DNA of 64,000 nt, from NCBI GenBank assembly GCA_049522315.1, contig JBEKNY010000005.1, forward strand, positions 47,550 through 111,549, read 5' to 3'. The notes beneath the pieces were generated by a model. It saw nothing but the letters and a program-made list of their open reading frames with translations. It had not been told where the DNA came from and made no database searches. Shown here one piece after another: positions 41,012 to 52,228 of the stretch. Made by a program: the position numbers and the translations under genes. Numbering within the stretch: the stretch's first letter is position 1; the number at the start of each line of letters is the position of its first letter. Source of the DNA: Terracidiphilus sp. (lineage in GTDB: Bacteria; Acidobacteriota; Terriglobia; Terriglobales; Acidobacteriaceae).

Positions 41012-42106
41012 TCACTCCGCCTGCCGGCTAATGTTGAGCAGAATCCCGATGCTCGCCAGCGTGCAGAAAAGCGATGTGCCTCCGTGCGAGATCAGCGGCA
41101 ACGGAATGCCTTTGTTGGGAACCAGCGACAGCACCACGCTGATGTTGAAGAAGGCCTGCAACAGAATCGTGGTCGTGATGCCAAACGCTGCCAGCCGCGC
41201 GAAGGGATCGGTACAGCGAAACGCCGTGCGCAGCCCGCGCACGCCAAACACGACAAACAGCACCACGATGAACATGGCGCCGATGAAGCCCAGTTCCTCG
41301 GCGATGTTGGCAAAGATGAAGTCCGTCGAGGCCTCGGGCAGATAAAACAGCTTCTGCATCCCTTCCATATAGCCGCGGCCGGTCAGCCCGCCGGTGCCCA
41401 CGGCGATCAGCGATTGGTAAATGTGGTAGCCGGCGCCCATCGGATCGGCTTCGGGATTGAGAAAAACCAGCATGCGCGCGCGCCGCCACGGGACCAACAG
41501 CAACAGCGCGGCCAGCGCAGGCAACGCGGCGGCGGCGGCGCCCAGCAGAGCCTTCCACTCCATCCCCGCCAGCACCAGCACCATGGCGGTCACGCCCGCC
41601 AGCACCAGCGCCGTGCCCAGGTCGGGCTGGACCACCACGAGCACGATGAACAGCCCCGGAATGAGCGCCGCCGGCACGAGCGTATGCTTCCAGTCGCGCA
41701 TGGCGCCCAGCCGCGTGTGCAAAAACCACGCCAGAAAAAGCACCAGCACAGGTTTCGCAATCTCCGAGGGCTGAAAAGTGAAGAAATCGCCAAAGCGAAT
41801 CCAGCGATGCGTGTGGTGCGAGCCGGGCATCAGGAAAACCAGCACCAGCAGCACCGTGGTAACGCACAGCGCGGGATAGATGAACCGTGGCGAATTGTAG
41901 TGGCTCACGTCCACGTGCATCAGCACCAGCAGAGTGAGCACGCCCACCGCGGCCCACACGGCCTGGGTGAGGATGAAGGTGTACGCCGAGTGGTACCTTT
42001 CCTGATCGACCACGGCCGAAGCGGAGAAGACCATCACCAGCCCGGTGACCACCAGCACCAGCGTGGTGAAGAACAGCCATTTGTCGACGCCGACTCGCTT
42101 CGCCAT
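41012..42106 (-). CDS. ftsW: SEDS family protein FtsW
   Basis: FQPSEIAK, QPDLGT, STDFIFA..EELG, LPLISHGGTS; located between murD and murG. Confidence 0.96.
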   Translation of the reverse strand: MAKRVGVDKWLFFTTLVLVVTGLVMVFSASAVVDQERYHSAYTFILTQAVWAAVGVLTLLVLMHVDVSHYNSPRFIYPALCVTTVLLVLVFLMPGSHHTHRWIRFGDFFTFQPSEIAKPVLVLFLAWFLHTRLGAMRDWKHTLVPAALIPGLFIVLVVVQPDLGTALVLAGVTAMVLVLAGMEWKALLGAAAAALPALAALLLLVPWRRARMLVFLNPEADPMGAGYHIYQSLIAVGTGGLTGRGYMEGMQKLFYLPEASTDFIFANIAEELGFIGAMFIVVLFVVFGVRGLRTAFRCTDPFARLAAFGITTTILLQAFFNISVVLSLVPNKGIPLPLISHGGTSLFCTLASIGILLNISRQAE

Positions 42107-42112
42107 AGATCT

Positions 42113-43495
42113 CTACGCGTTCTGCTTTGCCTTCCAATCCTGCTGATCCGCCACAAGCTGCTTGAAGACACGGCCGCGGTGCTCGTAATTCTCGAACTGA
42201 TCGTAGCTGGAGCAGGCCGGCGCCAGCAGCACCACGTCGCCGCGCCGCGCGGCCGCCGCTGCGGCGCTCACCGCCTTGGCCAGCGTCTCGCAGGAGTGGA
42301 TGGGAACCATCCCGCGCAGTTGCAACTCAATCTTGGCCGCCGCCGCGCCGATTGTATACACGGCGCGCACCCGCTCGCGCAGCAGCGGCGAGAGTGGCGT
42401 ATAGGGCGCGCCTTTGTCTTTGCCGCCGAGAATCAGATGAATGCCGCCGCGAAACGCGGCCACGGCCTTCGCCGTCGCGTCCACGTTGGTGGCCTTCGAG
42501 TCGTTGTAGAACTCGACGCCATGGATGGTGGCCACGTACTCCAGACGATGCTCCACCGCCTGGAACTTCTCGATGGCCCGGGCAATCGCATGACCCGGCG
42601 CGCCGGCCAGCCGCGCCGCGCACACCGCCGCCAGCACGTTCTCCACGTTGTGCTCGCCCTTCAGCGAAATCTTCGCCAGCGGCAGAATAGTCTCGCTCGC
42701 CACCCCCGGCGCGGAGCGATAGACCACATGTTCGTTCTCCACCCACGCGCCCTGCTCGACTTCGTGCCTGGCTGAAAACCAGTAGACCGGAGCTTTCGAC
42801 CGCGCCGCAGCCTCGGCGGCGCGCGCGTTGTCGGCGTTCAGCACCAGGCTGTCGCTTGCGTCCTGCGCGGCGAAGATGCGCTCCTTGGCCAGCGCATAGT
42901 CCTCGAAGGTGCCATGGCGGTCCAGATGATCGGGCGTAATGTTCAGGATCGCCGCAATCTTCGGGTGGAACTGCTCCGTGCTCTCAAGCTGGAAGCTCGA
43001 CACCTCCAGCACCGACCATGTGTCGTCTGCGCTCTCTTCGATCAGGCCCGCAACCGCCACGCCGATGTTGCCGGCAACCAGAGTCGGATAGCCAGCCTCC
43101 TTCAGAATCTCGCCCGCGAGAGTCGTCGTTGTCGTCTTCCCGTTCGACCCGGTGATGGCCAGAATTTTGCCCTTCAGGAATCGCGCCGCCAATTCCAACT
43201 CGCCGATCACCGGGCGGCCGAAGTTTTTGGCCTGCACCAGCTCCGGCGTATCCAGCGGCACGCCGGGGCTCACCACAATCAGGTCCTGGCGGCGGAAGGT
43301 CAGCAGTCCGTGCCCGCCGGCCTCCACCATGATCCCTTCCTCGAGCAGCGCCGGAATCTCCTTGGCCAGCGACTCGGCGCTCCGGATATCGGAAACCGTC
43401 ACCTGCGCGCCTTGGTGGCGTAAAAACAGCGCCGCCGCAAGCCCTGACTTCCCCAGGCCTACAACCAGAACCTTCTTGCCCTTCAATTCCACCAT
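42113..43495 (-). CDS. murD: UDP-MurNAc-L-Ala-D-Glu ligase
   Basis: VVGLGKSG, ITGSNGKTTT, EVSSFQLE, NDSKATN, PACSSYDQF. Confidence 0.98.
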   Translation of the reverse strand: MVELKGKKVLVVGLGKSGLAAALFLRHQGAQVTVSDIRSAESLAKEIPALLEEGIMVEAGGHGLLTFRRQDLIVVSPGVPLDTPELVQAKNFGRPVIGELELAARFLKGKILAITGSNGKTTTTTLAGEILKEAGYPTLVAGNIGVAVAGLIEESADDTWSVLEVSSFQLESTEQFHPKIAAILNITPDHLDRHGTFEDYALAKERIFAAQDASDSLVLNADNARAAEAAARSKAPVYWFSARHEVEQGAWVENEHVVYRSAPGVASETILPLAKISLKGEHNVENVLAAVCAARLAGAPGHAIARAIEKFQAVEHRLEYVATIHGVEFYNDSKATNVDATAKAVAAFRGGIHLILGGKDKGAPYTPLSPLLRERVRAVYTIGAAAAKIELQLRGMVPIHSCETLAKAVSAAAAAARRGDVVLLAPACSSYDQFENYEHRGRVFKQLVADQQDWKAKQNA

Positions 43496-43563
43496 TTCGA
43501 CCGATCCTCAGGCTGCCGCGACAACTTTATTGTGCACCGCGCGCCCTCTGGTGCGGGCTGTCT

Positions 43564-44700
43564 CTAGCGCAATTTCAGGGTGGTGAGTGCAAACAATGCA
43601 AACACCAGGGCGCCGATCCAGAAGCGCGCGATCACCTTTGACTCGCTCCAGCCCAACTGCTCGAAGTGGTGGTGCAGCGGCGCCATCTTGAAGATACGCT
43701 TCTTGCGCAGCTTGTAGCTGCCCACCTGCAGGACCACCGAAACCGCTTCAAGGATAAACACGCCGCCGATGAACGGCAGCAGCAATTCCTGCCGGATCAT
43801 GATGGCCACGGTGCCGATGGCCCCGCCCAGCGCCAGCGAGCCCACGTCGCCCATGAAAATCTCCGCCGGGTGCGCGTTGTACCACAGGAAGCCGATCGAT
43901 GCGCCGACCATCGACCCGCAAAACACCGTCAGCTCGCCCACCAACGGCATGCGCTGCAGCTCCAGATAGTCGGCGAAGACCACGTGGCCGCTGATGTAAG
44001 TGAGCACCGCCAGCGCCCCGGCGGCGATGATGGTGCAGCCGATCGCCAGCCCGTCCAGTCCGTCCGTCAGGTTCACGGCGTTCGATGTGCCCACCAGCCA
44101 CAGCACCACCCACAACACGAACGGCACAAACGCAAACAGGGCCAGATGCGGAACCGTACTAGGCCACCCATGCCACAGCAGATCGGGCCGCAGGCTCTTG
44201 ATAAACGGCACGGAAAGCCGCGTCGAAAACACCTTAAACTCGTCCAGCACCACCAGCGCTACGGCCACCATCGCTCCGGCCAGCCCCTGCCACAGCAGTT
44301 TCGCCCGCGCCGTCAAGCCCAGGCTGCGCCGCTGCACCACCTTGATGTAGTCATCGGCAAAGCCGATCGCCCCGAACGCCAACGTGGAGAAGACCACGAT
44401 CCACACAAACGGATTCGCCGGGTCCGACCACAGCACCGTGGGCAGCAGAATGGCGATGCAGATCAGCACGCCGCCCATGGTCGGCGTCCCCGTCTTCTTC
44501 AGGTGCGATTGCGGCCCGTCCTCGCGCACAAACTGCCCAATCTGGAACTCCCTCAGCTTCTGGATCACGTACGGCCCGATGAAGAGCGCAATCAGCAGCG
44601 CCGTGAGCGAGGCAAACGCGGTGCGGAACGTGAGGTAGCGGAAGATCCGGAACGGGTGAAAAAACGGAAACAGCTTTTCGTACAGCAGCCAGTAAAGCAA
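43564..44700 (-). CDS. mraY: Phospho-N-acetylmuramoyl-pentapeptide transferase
   Basis: KTGTPTMGG, DDY, NAVNLTDGLDGL, FMGDVGS, APLHHHFE. GGAGG RBS before TTG 44700. Confidence 0.98.
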   Translation of the reverse strand: MLYWLLYEKLFPFFHPFRIFRYLTFRTAFASLTALLIALFIGPYVIQKLREFQIGQFVREDGPQSHLKKTGTPTMGGVLICIAILLPTVLWSDPANPFVWIVVFSTLAFGAIGFADDYIKVVQRRSLGLTARAKLLWQGLAGAMVAVALVVLDEFKVFSTRLSVPFIKSLRPDLLWHGWPSTVPHLALFAFVPFVLWVVLWLVGTSNAVNLTDGLDGLAIGCTIIAAGALAVLTYISGHVVFADYLELQRMPLVGELTVFCGSMVGASIGFLWYNAHPAEIFMGDVGSLALGGAIGTVAIMIRQELLLPFIGGVFILEAVSVVLQVGSYKLRKKRIFKMAPLHHHFEQLGWSESKVIARFWIGALVFALFALTTLKLR

Positions 44701-44739
44701 GTTGCCTCCCAAGCCGGGTTGAGGCGGAGTTTCAGCTTG

Positions 44740-44747
44740 ATTCTACA
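44740..44747 (-). promoter_or_regulatory. -10 element upstream of mraY
   Basis: Minus-strand TG-TAGAAT about 40 nt upstream of the mraY start. Confidence 0.45.
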
Positions 44748-44834
44748 GGCTTAGGGGGTTGGCCGAGCGGCGGGCCACGTGACGAACTCGATTCACTTCC
44801 AGCCGCGTGCACCGCTACGCGCCAAAAACACATC

Positions 44835-45100
44835 TGTCATCCTGAGCGACCGAGCAAGCCGGTACGGCGCAGCGAAGGAGCCGAAGGATCTGCGGTTGCT
44901 CTTCGTTTCGTGTCAGGACGCAAGTTCACTTCTGCCACAACCGGATGTCATCTTGAGCGACTGGAGCGCAGCGGAAGGAGTCGAAAGATCTGCGGTTGCT
45001 CTTCGTTTCGTGTCAGGACGCGAGTTCACTTCTGCCACAATCGCATGTCATCTTGAGCGACTGGAGCGCAGCGGAAGGAGTCGAAAGATCTGCGGTTGCT
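44835..45100. repeat. Tandem array of ~100-bp REP/BIME-like units (TGTCATCYTGAGCGA...GATCTGCGGTTGCT)
   Basis: Units start at 44835, 44946 and 45046; the last two are 100 bp apart and nearly identical. Confidence 0.9.
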
Positions 45101-45149
45101 TTTAAACGAACCCGCGAGCCTGCGAAGCCGCTGCCTTGCAGGCTTCTTT

Positions 45150-45196
45150 GTAGCGCCGGTCTCCAGACCGGCTGTCGTGCGGGTCTCCAGACCCGC
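45150..45196. repeat. GTAG-type REP-like palindrome doublet
   Basis: GTAG-C-GCCGGTCT-cc-AGACCGGC, then GCGGGTCT-cc-AGACCCGC. Confidence 0.75.
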
Positions 45197-45287
45197 ACCC
45201 GCGAGACACCACACCGGACAGACCGACTCGGAACCCACGTTTCCTGCAACACTTTGATCGAAACAGGTCTAACATAATCCCATCTGC

Positions 45288-45571
45288 ATGAAGAAACCAA
45301 TTCCTAAGTTCAGGAGCGAATCCGAGGTGTTCGCGTTCTGGTCCTCGACCGGGCCGGGAGCGGATTCGACAAAGTATATTGACTGGTCTCAAGCCAAGCG
45401 CGCGAAATTTCCCAATCTGCGGCGCAGCTGCGCACCATCTCCGTGCACTTACCGGTGGCAATGACCGAGGACCTGAAAATTCTGGCTAACCAGCGCGCTG
45501 TGCCGTATCAGTCGCTGCTCAAGGTATTTCTGGCAGAAAGGCTGGTAGCGAAGCGGGGCGGAAGCCGGTAG
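45288..45571 (+). pseudogene. BrnA/CopG-family antitoxin, frameshifted, with no cognate toxin upstream
   Basis: MKKPIPKFRSESEVFAFW...YIDWSQAKRAKFPNLR, then after a 1-nt shift near 45420: LRTISVHLP...LKILANQRAVPYQSLLKVFLAER. Confidence 0.8.
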
Positions 45572-45644
45572 AGCAACTCCGGGAAATCGCGAACTGTGAG
45601 GATTTTCTAATCTTCAGACAGCAAAATAGTACCGAGTTTTCCAG

Positions 45645-45890
45645 TTGACGTGTTTCATCGATGGTAGTAGGTTTTCTTCAGTTGTTGTACTAAGCTGTGC
45701 CCGAATCGCCTCAGTCCGACTTCAAATGGCGCTGAGTTTTGATGATGCTGCCATACCGGATCAAGTTCGCTGAGTTTGATCTGGACCGATGCGTAGCTAG
45801 CGGCACAGCTAGATATATTTCGCGGTGCCGTCGGCTCATCCCTTGAAATTCAACTCGAAGGCTTCTGAGCCTTCAGGAAAGGGTAAGCGA
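45645..45890 (+). ncRNA. Candidate promoter plus structured leader or ncRNA upstream of the HNH gene
   Basis: TTGACG-17-TAGGTT. Stems at 45693-45701/45802-45810, 45756-45768/45772-45784 and 45857-45863/45868-45874. Confidence 0.4.
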
Positions 45891-45891
45891 A

Positions 45892-46209
45892 ATGAACACC
45901 ACGGCAACAAGTACTCAATATGACGAATGGACCCTAACCCGGATATGGTTCAAGGCTCCAACTGCACCGGGGACCAATGACTGCGACGTTCGCGTGGATC
46001 GTTTTGGGAATTGGATACGATGGAGTGAGTATGGCCAAACTAGCGCAATGGGGTGGGAGGTTGATCATATCGTTCCTCGCTCTGAAGGAGGATCAGACGA
46101 CATCGAAAACCTTGAGCCTCTGCACTGGAAAGCTAATCGGCAAAAGGGCGACCGAGCCATCGGCCAATTTGAACGAAGCTTGGGAAGTAGTTTAATAGCA
46201 AGCGCTTAA
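45892..46209 (+). CDS. Small stand-alone HNH endonuclease
   Basis: DRFGNWIRWSEYG...GWEVDHIVPRSEGGSDDIENLEPLHWKANRQKGD. Confidence 0.9.
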   Translation: MNTTATSTQYDEWTLTRIWFKAPTAPGTNDCDVRVDRFGNWIRWSEYGQTSAMGWEVDHIVPRSEGGSDDIENLEPLHWKANRQKGDRAIGQFERSLGSSLIASA

Positions 46210-46260
46210 GAAGCAGCCTCCAGCTAGAAGCTAGGAGCTAGTAGCTAGAGGCTGTCGTTC

Positions 46261-47313
<1,053 letters not shown>

Positions 47314-47401
47314 TCAGATACTGATGTTGAAAATCCGTCCGCCGCATGTTGCGCGGAACCTCTTGCGCGTCATTCTCCGGTGCGGACGCGAGCCGAATCC
47401 G

Positions 47402-47977
47402 CTACTGAACCTCGTTCGCCGCGCCTTCGTCCGCGGACACGTCTTCCTCGACGGCCGCTTCGCCCACGCCCATGGCCTTGACCACGCTGCTCACGTGATG
47501 GCCGCGCCGCATGGTCATCTTGCCGCTGCGGCAAATCTCGAGGATCCGTCCATCGTCTTCGCGCAGAATTTCGATGAGCCCTTCGATCTTGCTTTCGACG
47601 CCCGTCATCTCGATAATGAGCGACTCGGAGGTGAGATCGACGATACGCGCGCGGAAGACCTCGGCCAGATCGAAGATCTGCGCGCGATTGCGCGGCGACG
47701 CGGCCACCTTGATTAACGCCAGTTCGCGCGTGACGCTCGGCGCCTGGGCGATGTCGTCCACATCCACGACATTCTCCAGTTTAAACAGGCTGGCGCGGAT
47801 GCGATGTCCGGCTTCGGCCGACGCCTCGCACACCAGCGTGAGCCGCGACAGCCCCGGCCGCTCGCTGCGCCCTACGGTCAGCGAGTTGATGTTGATGTTC
47901 AGCCGCCGGAACAGCGACGCCACGCGCGTCAGCACGCCCGGCCGGTCTTCAACGTATGCAACGAATGTATGCAGCAT
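47402..47977 (-). CDS. ilvN: Acetolactate synthase small (regulatory) subunit
   Basis: VEDRPGVLTRVASLFRR.NINI.SLTVG, RELALIKV. Confidence 0.96.
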   Translation of the reverse strand: MLHTFVAYVEDRPGVLTRVASLFRRLNININSLTVGRSERPGLSRLTLVCEASAEAGHRIRASLFKLENVVDVDDIAQAPSVTRELALIKVAASPRNRAQIFDLAEVFRARIVDLTSESLIIEMTGVESKIEGLIEILREDDGRILEICRSGKMTMRRGHHVSSVVKAMGVGEAAVEEDVSADEGAANEVQ

Positions 47978-47993
47978 GGTCTAGCTCACTTTC

Positions 47994-49835
47994 CTACTTG
48001 TCATCGGCCCGCTCTTCCAGCGGATCCTTCTCCGGCCGCCGAATCATCTCGTGCAGCGCGCTGCCGGCTGGAATCATCGGGTACACGGAATCTTCCTTCT
48101 CCACCATAAAGTTGAGCAAGTACGCGCCCGTCGCCGAGCGCGCCTTCTTCACCGCCTCTTCCACTTCGCTGCGCTTGCGCACCGCGCGCCCCGGAATGCC
48201 GTGCGCATCGGCCAGCTTCACGAAGTCCGGGCTCACCAGCGGCGTGGCCTCGTAGTTCCGCTCGTAGAAGAACTCCTGCCACTGCCGCACCATGCCCAGA
48301 TAGCCGTTGTTGATGATGGCGATGTTGATCTTGATCTTTTCCTGCACAATGGTCGCCAGCTCCGCCGCCGTCATCTGGAATCCGCCGTCGCCCACCACCA
48401 CCCAGACCTCTTTCTCGGGACAAGCCACCTTGGCGCCGATGGCCGCGGGCAGCGCGAACCCCATCGTGCCCAGTCCGCCGCTGGTGATAAGCGTGCGCGG
48501 CTGCTCATGGCGGAAGTACTGCGCCTCCCACATCTGGTGCTGGCCCACGTCGGTAACGACGATCGCGTTGCCGCCGGTCATGCGCCACAGGTCGTGGATC
48601 ACGTGCGCCGCATACAGATGCCCGGAGTCGGGCAGGTTCTTGATGTCGCGCACGGCCACCGCGCCCTTGCTCGCCTCGATGGTCTTGAGCCACGCGGAAC
48701 CGTCGCGGCCGGAAATTCGCGGCAGCAATTGCTCGAGCACTTCGCGCAGGTCGCCTACCAGCGCCACGTCCACCTTCACGTTCTTGTTGATCTCCGCCGG
48801 ATCCACCTCGATGTGAATCTTCTTCGCCTTGAGCGCGTATTCCGCGAGCTTGCCCGTCACGCGATCGTCGAATCTCATGCCGCACGCGATCAACAAGTCG
48901 GCTTCTTGAATCGCGTGATTCACCCACGACTCGCCGTGCATGCCCATCATGCCCAGGCACAGCGGATGCGACGCCGGAAATCCGCCCAGTCCCAGCAGCG
49001 TAAGCCCCACGGGAATCTGCGCGCGCTCGGCCAGCGTGCGCACCTGCTCCATCGCGCCGGACTCCATCACGCCGTGGCCGGCCAGAATCACCGGCCGCTT
49101 CGAATTGCGAATCAGCTCTGCCGCCTGCGCCAGACCCGAGTCGTCCACGTGCAGCATCGGATGCGGACGGTAGGGCCGCGGCTTGGCCGCCTCGAAATCG
49201 AACTCCGCCGTCGCCTGCTCCGCGTCCTTGGTAATGTCCACCAGCACCGGACCGGGACGGCCCGAACGCGCGATCTGAAATGCATGGCGCAGCGTCGGCG
49301 CGATGTCCTCCGCGCGATTCACCAGAAAATTATGCTTGGTCACCGGCAGCGTGATGCCGGTAATGTCCACTTCCTGAAACGCGTCGGTGCCCAGCAGCTT
49401 GCTCGACACGTTGGCCGTGATGCAGACGATGGGAATCGAATCCAGCATTGCTGTTGCGATGCCGGTGACCAGGTTGGTCGAGCCGGGGCCGCTGGTGGCG
49501 ATAGCCACCCCCACCTTGCCCGAGGCGCGCGAGTAGCCGTCGGCCATGTGCGCCGCGCCCTGCTCGTGGCGAACCAGTATGTGCCGCACGGGAAACTTGC
49601 GCAGAGCATCGTACGCCGGAAGAATCGTCCCTCCGGGGTAACCGAAGACGGTGTCCACGCCCTCGCCGACCAGCGTAGCCCAGATGATCTCCGCGCCCGT
49701 CAACTTCGCCGGCGGCGTCAGATGCGCATGCGAACCCGATGCGCTTGCGCTCGGCGCAGTTGTGTTCGGCGCAGTTGTGCTTCCGTTCGATGCGTTTGCG
49801 TTCGCTTTCGTGTTGGCGTTTCCCTTGTGTCCCAT
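47994..49835 (-). CDS. ilvB: Acetolactate synthase large subunit
   Basis: FGYPGG, RHEQGA, TSGPG, DVGQHQMW, GDGGFQM, NNGYLGMVRQWQ. Confidence 0.98.
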   Translation of the reverse strand: MGHKGNANTKANANASNGSTTAPNTTAPSASASGSHAHLTPPAKLTGAEIIWATLVGEGVDTVFGYPGGTILPAYDALRKFPVRHILVRHEQGAAHMADGYSRASGKVGVAIATSGPGSTNLVTGIATAMLDSIPIVCITANVSSKLLGTDAFQEVDITGITLPVTKHNFLVNRAEDIAPTLRHAFQIARSGRPGPVLVDITKDAEQATAEFDFEAAKPRPYRPHPMLHVDDSGLAQAAELIRNSKRPVILAGHGVMESGAMEQVRTLAERAQIPVGLTLLGLGGFPASHPLCLGMMGMHGESWVNHAIQEADLLIACGMRFDDRVTGKLAEYALKAKKIHIEVDPAEINKNVKVDVALVGDLREVLEQLLPRISGRDGSAWLKTIEASKGAVAVRDIKNLPDSGHLYAAHVIHDLWRMTGGNAIVVTDVGQHQMWEAQYFRHEQPRTLITSGGLGTMGFALPAAIGAKVACPEKEVWVVVGDGGFQMTAAELATIVQEKIKINIAIINNGYLGMVRQWQEFFYERNYEATPLVSPDFVKLADAHGIPGRAVRKRSEVEEAVKKARSATGAYLLNFMVEKEDSVYPMIPAGSALHEMIRRPEKDPLEERADDK

Positions 49836-49909
49836 AGGTCAACTCCTTGAGCGCTGATGTCGCCGATTGCCTCTAGTCCCTACGTCCCTAGTCCCTTAGT
49901 CCCTGCTTC

Positions 49910-51583
49910 TTACGTCGTTGCCCCTTCTGACGCCGAGCTCACGCGATCCACATACTTCCGAAACACGCCCTTCGGCCAGCGCAGCGCCGGCGGCTTGAAG
50001 TTCTTGAGCCGCGCGGCCATCTCTTCTTTACTGATTTCGACGTCGAGCGTTCGCTTGGCAACGTCAAAATGAATCATGTCGCCCTCACGCACCGCAGCAA
50101 TCGGCCCACCGACAAACGCCTCGGGCGCAACATGGCCCGCCGTGAATCCGCGCGTCGCGCCGCTGAATCGCCCGTCGGTGAGCAGCGCCACCTGCGCGCT
50201 CAATTCCGCGTTCGAGCTGATCGCCGCAGTCACCTGCAGCATCTCGCGCATGCCGGGCCCGCCCTTCGGCCCTTCGTAGCGAATCACCACCACGTCGCCG
50301 GGCTTGATGCCGCCTGCCTGGACGACTTTGAAGCAATCCTCTTCGCAATCGAACACGCGCGCCGGGCCGCGATGATCGTACTTGCCCGCCGCGGCGATTT
50401 TCATCACGCAGCCTTCCGGCGCCAGATTGCCCTTGAGAATCACCAGCCCGCCGTTCGGCTTGATGGGCTTCTCGAAAGTGTGGATGACATCCTGCCCCGG
50501 AGTCTCTTCGGCGAGCGCGGCTTCCTCGGCCAGCGTTTTACCGCTGATGGTTAGCGCAGATCCGTCCGCGTGCCCCGCGTCGATCATGCGTTTTGCCAGC
50601 AGCCGCGAGCCGCCTGCTGCCTGATAGTGCCATGCCAAGTATTTTCCGGCTGGCGTCAGGCTACAGATATACGGCGTGCGCTTCGAGATGGCGTCAAAAT
50701 CGTCGATGCTCAGCGGGATGCCCAACTCGCGCGCGATAGCCAGCAGATGCAGAACGGCATTGGTCGAGCCGCCGCTTGCGGCCACGCTGGCAATGGTGTT
50801 TTCGATGGATTTGCGTGTAATGATCTGCGAGGGGCGGCGATTGGCGCGCACCGCGTCCATCAACATGCGGCCCGCCGCGCGTGTCGCGTCGAGTTTGCCG
50901 GGGGCGGTGGCGGGAACGCCCGAAAGCTCAATCGGCGAGATGCCGAGAATTTCGCCGCTCATGGCCATGGTGTTGGCCGTGAACTGGCCGCCGCATGCGC
51001 CCGCGCCGGGACAGGCGTTGGCTTCGAGGGCTTCCAATCCGGCATCGTCGATGCGCCCCGCGGCGTGCGCACCGATGCCTTCGAATACATCCTGAATCGA
51101 AATGTCCATGCCGTTCAGCTTGCCCGGCGCGATCGATCCGCCGTAAAGCATCATGCCGGGAATGTCGAGCCGGCACAGCGCCATAATGATGCCCGGCATG
51201 TTCTTGTCGCATCCGCCGATGCCCACGAGTCCGTCGAAGAGATTGCCGCGCGCGACCAGTTCGATGGAGTCGGCGATCACCTCTCGGCTCACCAGCGACG
51301 CCTTCATGCCCTGCGTGCCCATGGTGAGGCCGTCGTGAATGGTGATGGTGTTGAACTCCATCGGCGTGCCGCCGGCCTCGCGAATGCCCTCCTTCAGCGC
51401 CTCCGCGATCCCGCGCAGGTGCACGTTGCAGGTGCCGATCTCCGTCCACGTGTTGGCGACCCCGATGATCGGCTTGTGCAGATCTTCTTTCTTGAACCCT
51501 GCTCCCCGGAAATACGACCGCGCCGCCGCGCGGCTCGGCCCCTCGGTCAACGGAATGCTCTGTCGCTTGCCTTCTGTAGTCAT
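49910..51583 (-). CDS. ilvD: Dihydroxy-acid dehydratase
   Basis: [46 protein letters not shown]. Confidence 0.97.
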   Translation of the reverse strand: MTTEGKRQSIPLTEGPSRAAARSYFRGAGFKKEDLHKPIIGVANTWTEIGTCNVHLRGIAEALKEGIREAGGTPMEFNTITIHDGLTMGTQGMKASLVSREVIADSIELVARGNLFDGLVGIGGCDKNMPGIIMALCRLDIPGMMLYGGSIAPGKLNGMDISIQDVFEGIGAHAAGRIDDAGLEALEANACPGAGACGGQFTANTMAMSGEILGISPIELSGVPATAPGKLDATRAAGRMLMDAVRANRRPSQIITRKSIENTIASVAASGGSTNAVLHLLAIARELGIPLSIDDFDAISKRTPYICSLTPAGKYLAWHYQAAGGSRLLAKRMIDAGHADGSALTISGKTLAEEAALAEETPGQDVIHTFEKPIKPNGGLVILKGNLAPEGCVMKIAAAGKYDHRGPARVFDCEEDCFKVVQAGGIKPGDVVVIRYEGPKGGPGMREMLQVTAAISSNAELSAQVALLTDGRFSGATRGFTAGHVAPEAFVGGPIAAVREGDMIHFDVAKRTLDVEISKEEMAARLKNFKPPALRWPKGVFRKYVDRVSSASEGATT

Positions 51584-51616
51584 TGTTCCCCTTGCTTTCT
51601 TTTTGTTCGAACGCGG

Positions 51617-52228
51617 TTACTTCGCTTTTAACCATGTCGCCGCATCGTGCGCGGCTTCAAACTTGTCCAGCGCCGCGGCGTGCCGCAGCGTCAGGCCGAT
51701 ATCGTCCAGTCCCTCGAGCAGGCAAAACTTCCTGAAGGGATCGATCTCGAACTTCGCCGTGAATCCGCGGCCGTCGGTCACCGTCTGCGCCTCGAGCGAA
51801 ACGGTGAGCTGATAATTCGGAATTTCCTGCGCGTTTTCGAGCAGCGCGGCAACCTCTTCCTCGCTCAGCCGCGCCAGTACGATGCCGTTTTTGCCCGCAT
51901 TCGAGAAGAAGATGTCCGCAAAAGTCGGCGCAATCACCGCGCGGAAGCCGTAGTCGCTCAGCGCCCATGCGGCATGTTCTCGGCTCGATCCGCAGCCAAA
52001 GTTCTTGCCCGCGATCAAAATCTTCGCGCCCTTGTAGCGCGGGTCGTTGAGAACGAATCCGGCGACCGGCTTGCCCTCGGGCGTTTGCCGCCAGTCAAAA
52101 AATAAAAAATCGCCGTAGCCGGTGCGCTCGATCCGCTTCAAAAACTGCTTGGGAATGATCTGGTCGGTGTCTACGTTGGCGCGATCCAGCGGCGCGACCA
52201 GCGCGGTCAATGTGCGAAACGGTTCCAT
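51617..52228 (-). CDS. leuD: 3-isopropylmalate dehydratase small subunit
   Basis: NVDTDQIIPKQFL, NFGCGSSREHA, LDDIGLTL. Confidence 0.98.
   Translation of the reverse strand: MEPFRTLTALVAPLDRANVDTDQIIPKQFLKRIERTGYGDFLFFDWRQTPEGKPVAGFVLNDPRYKGAKILIAGKNFGCGSSREHAAWALSDYGFRAVIAPTFADIFFSNAGKNGIVLARLSEEEVAALLENAQEIPNYQLTVSLEAQTVTDGRGFTAKFEIDPFRKFCLLEGLDDIGLTLRHAAALDKFEAAHDAATWLKAK

Noticed and set aside
40697-42775. Long plus-strand ORFs opposite the dcw and ilv genes (also 26580..28136, 48051..49850, 52210..53595)
   Set aside because: Antisense shadows of clearly identified housekeeping genes, expected at high GC.
44835-45100. CRISPR array
   Set aside because: Whole ~100-bp units are repeated, so there are no unique spacers, and no cas genes are present.
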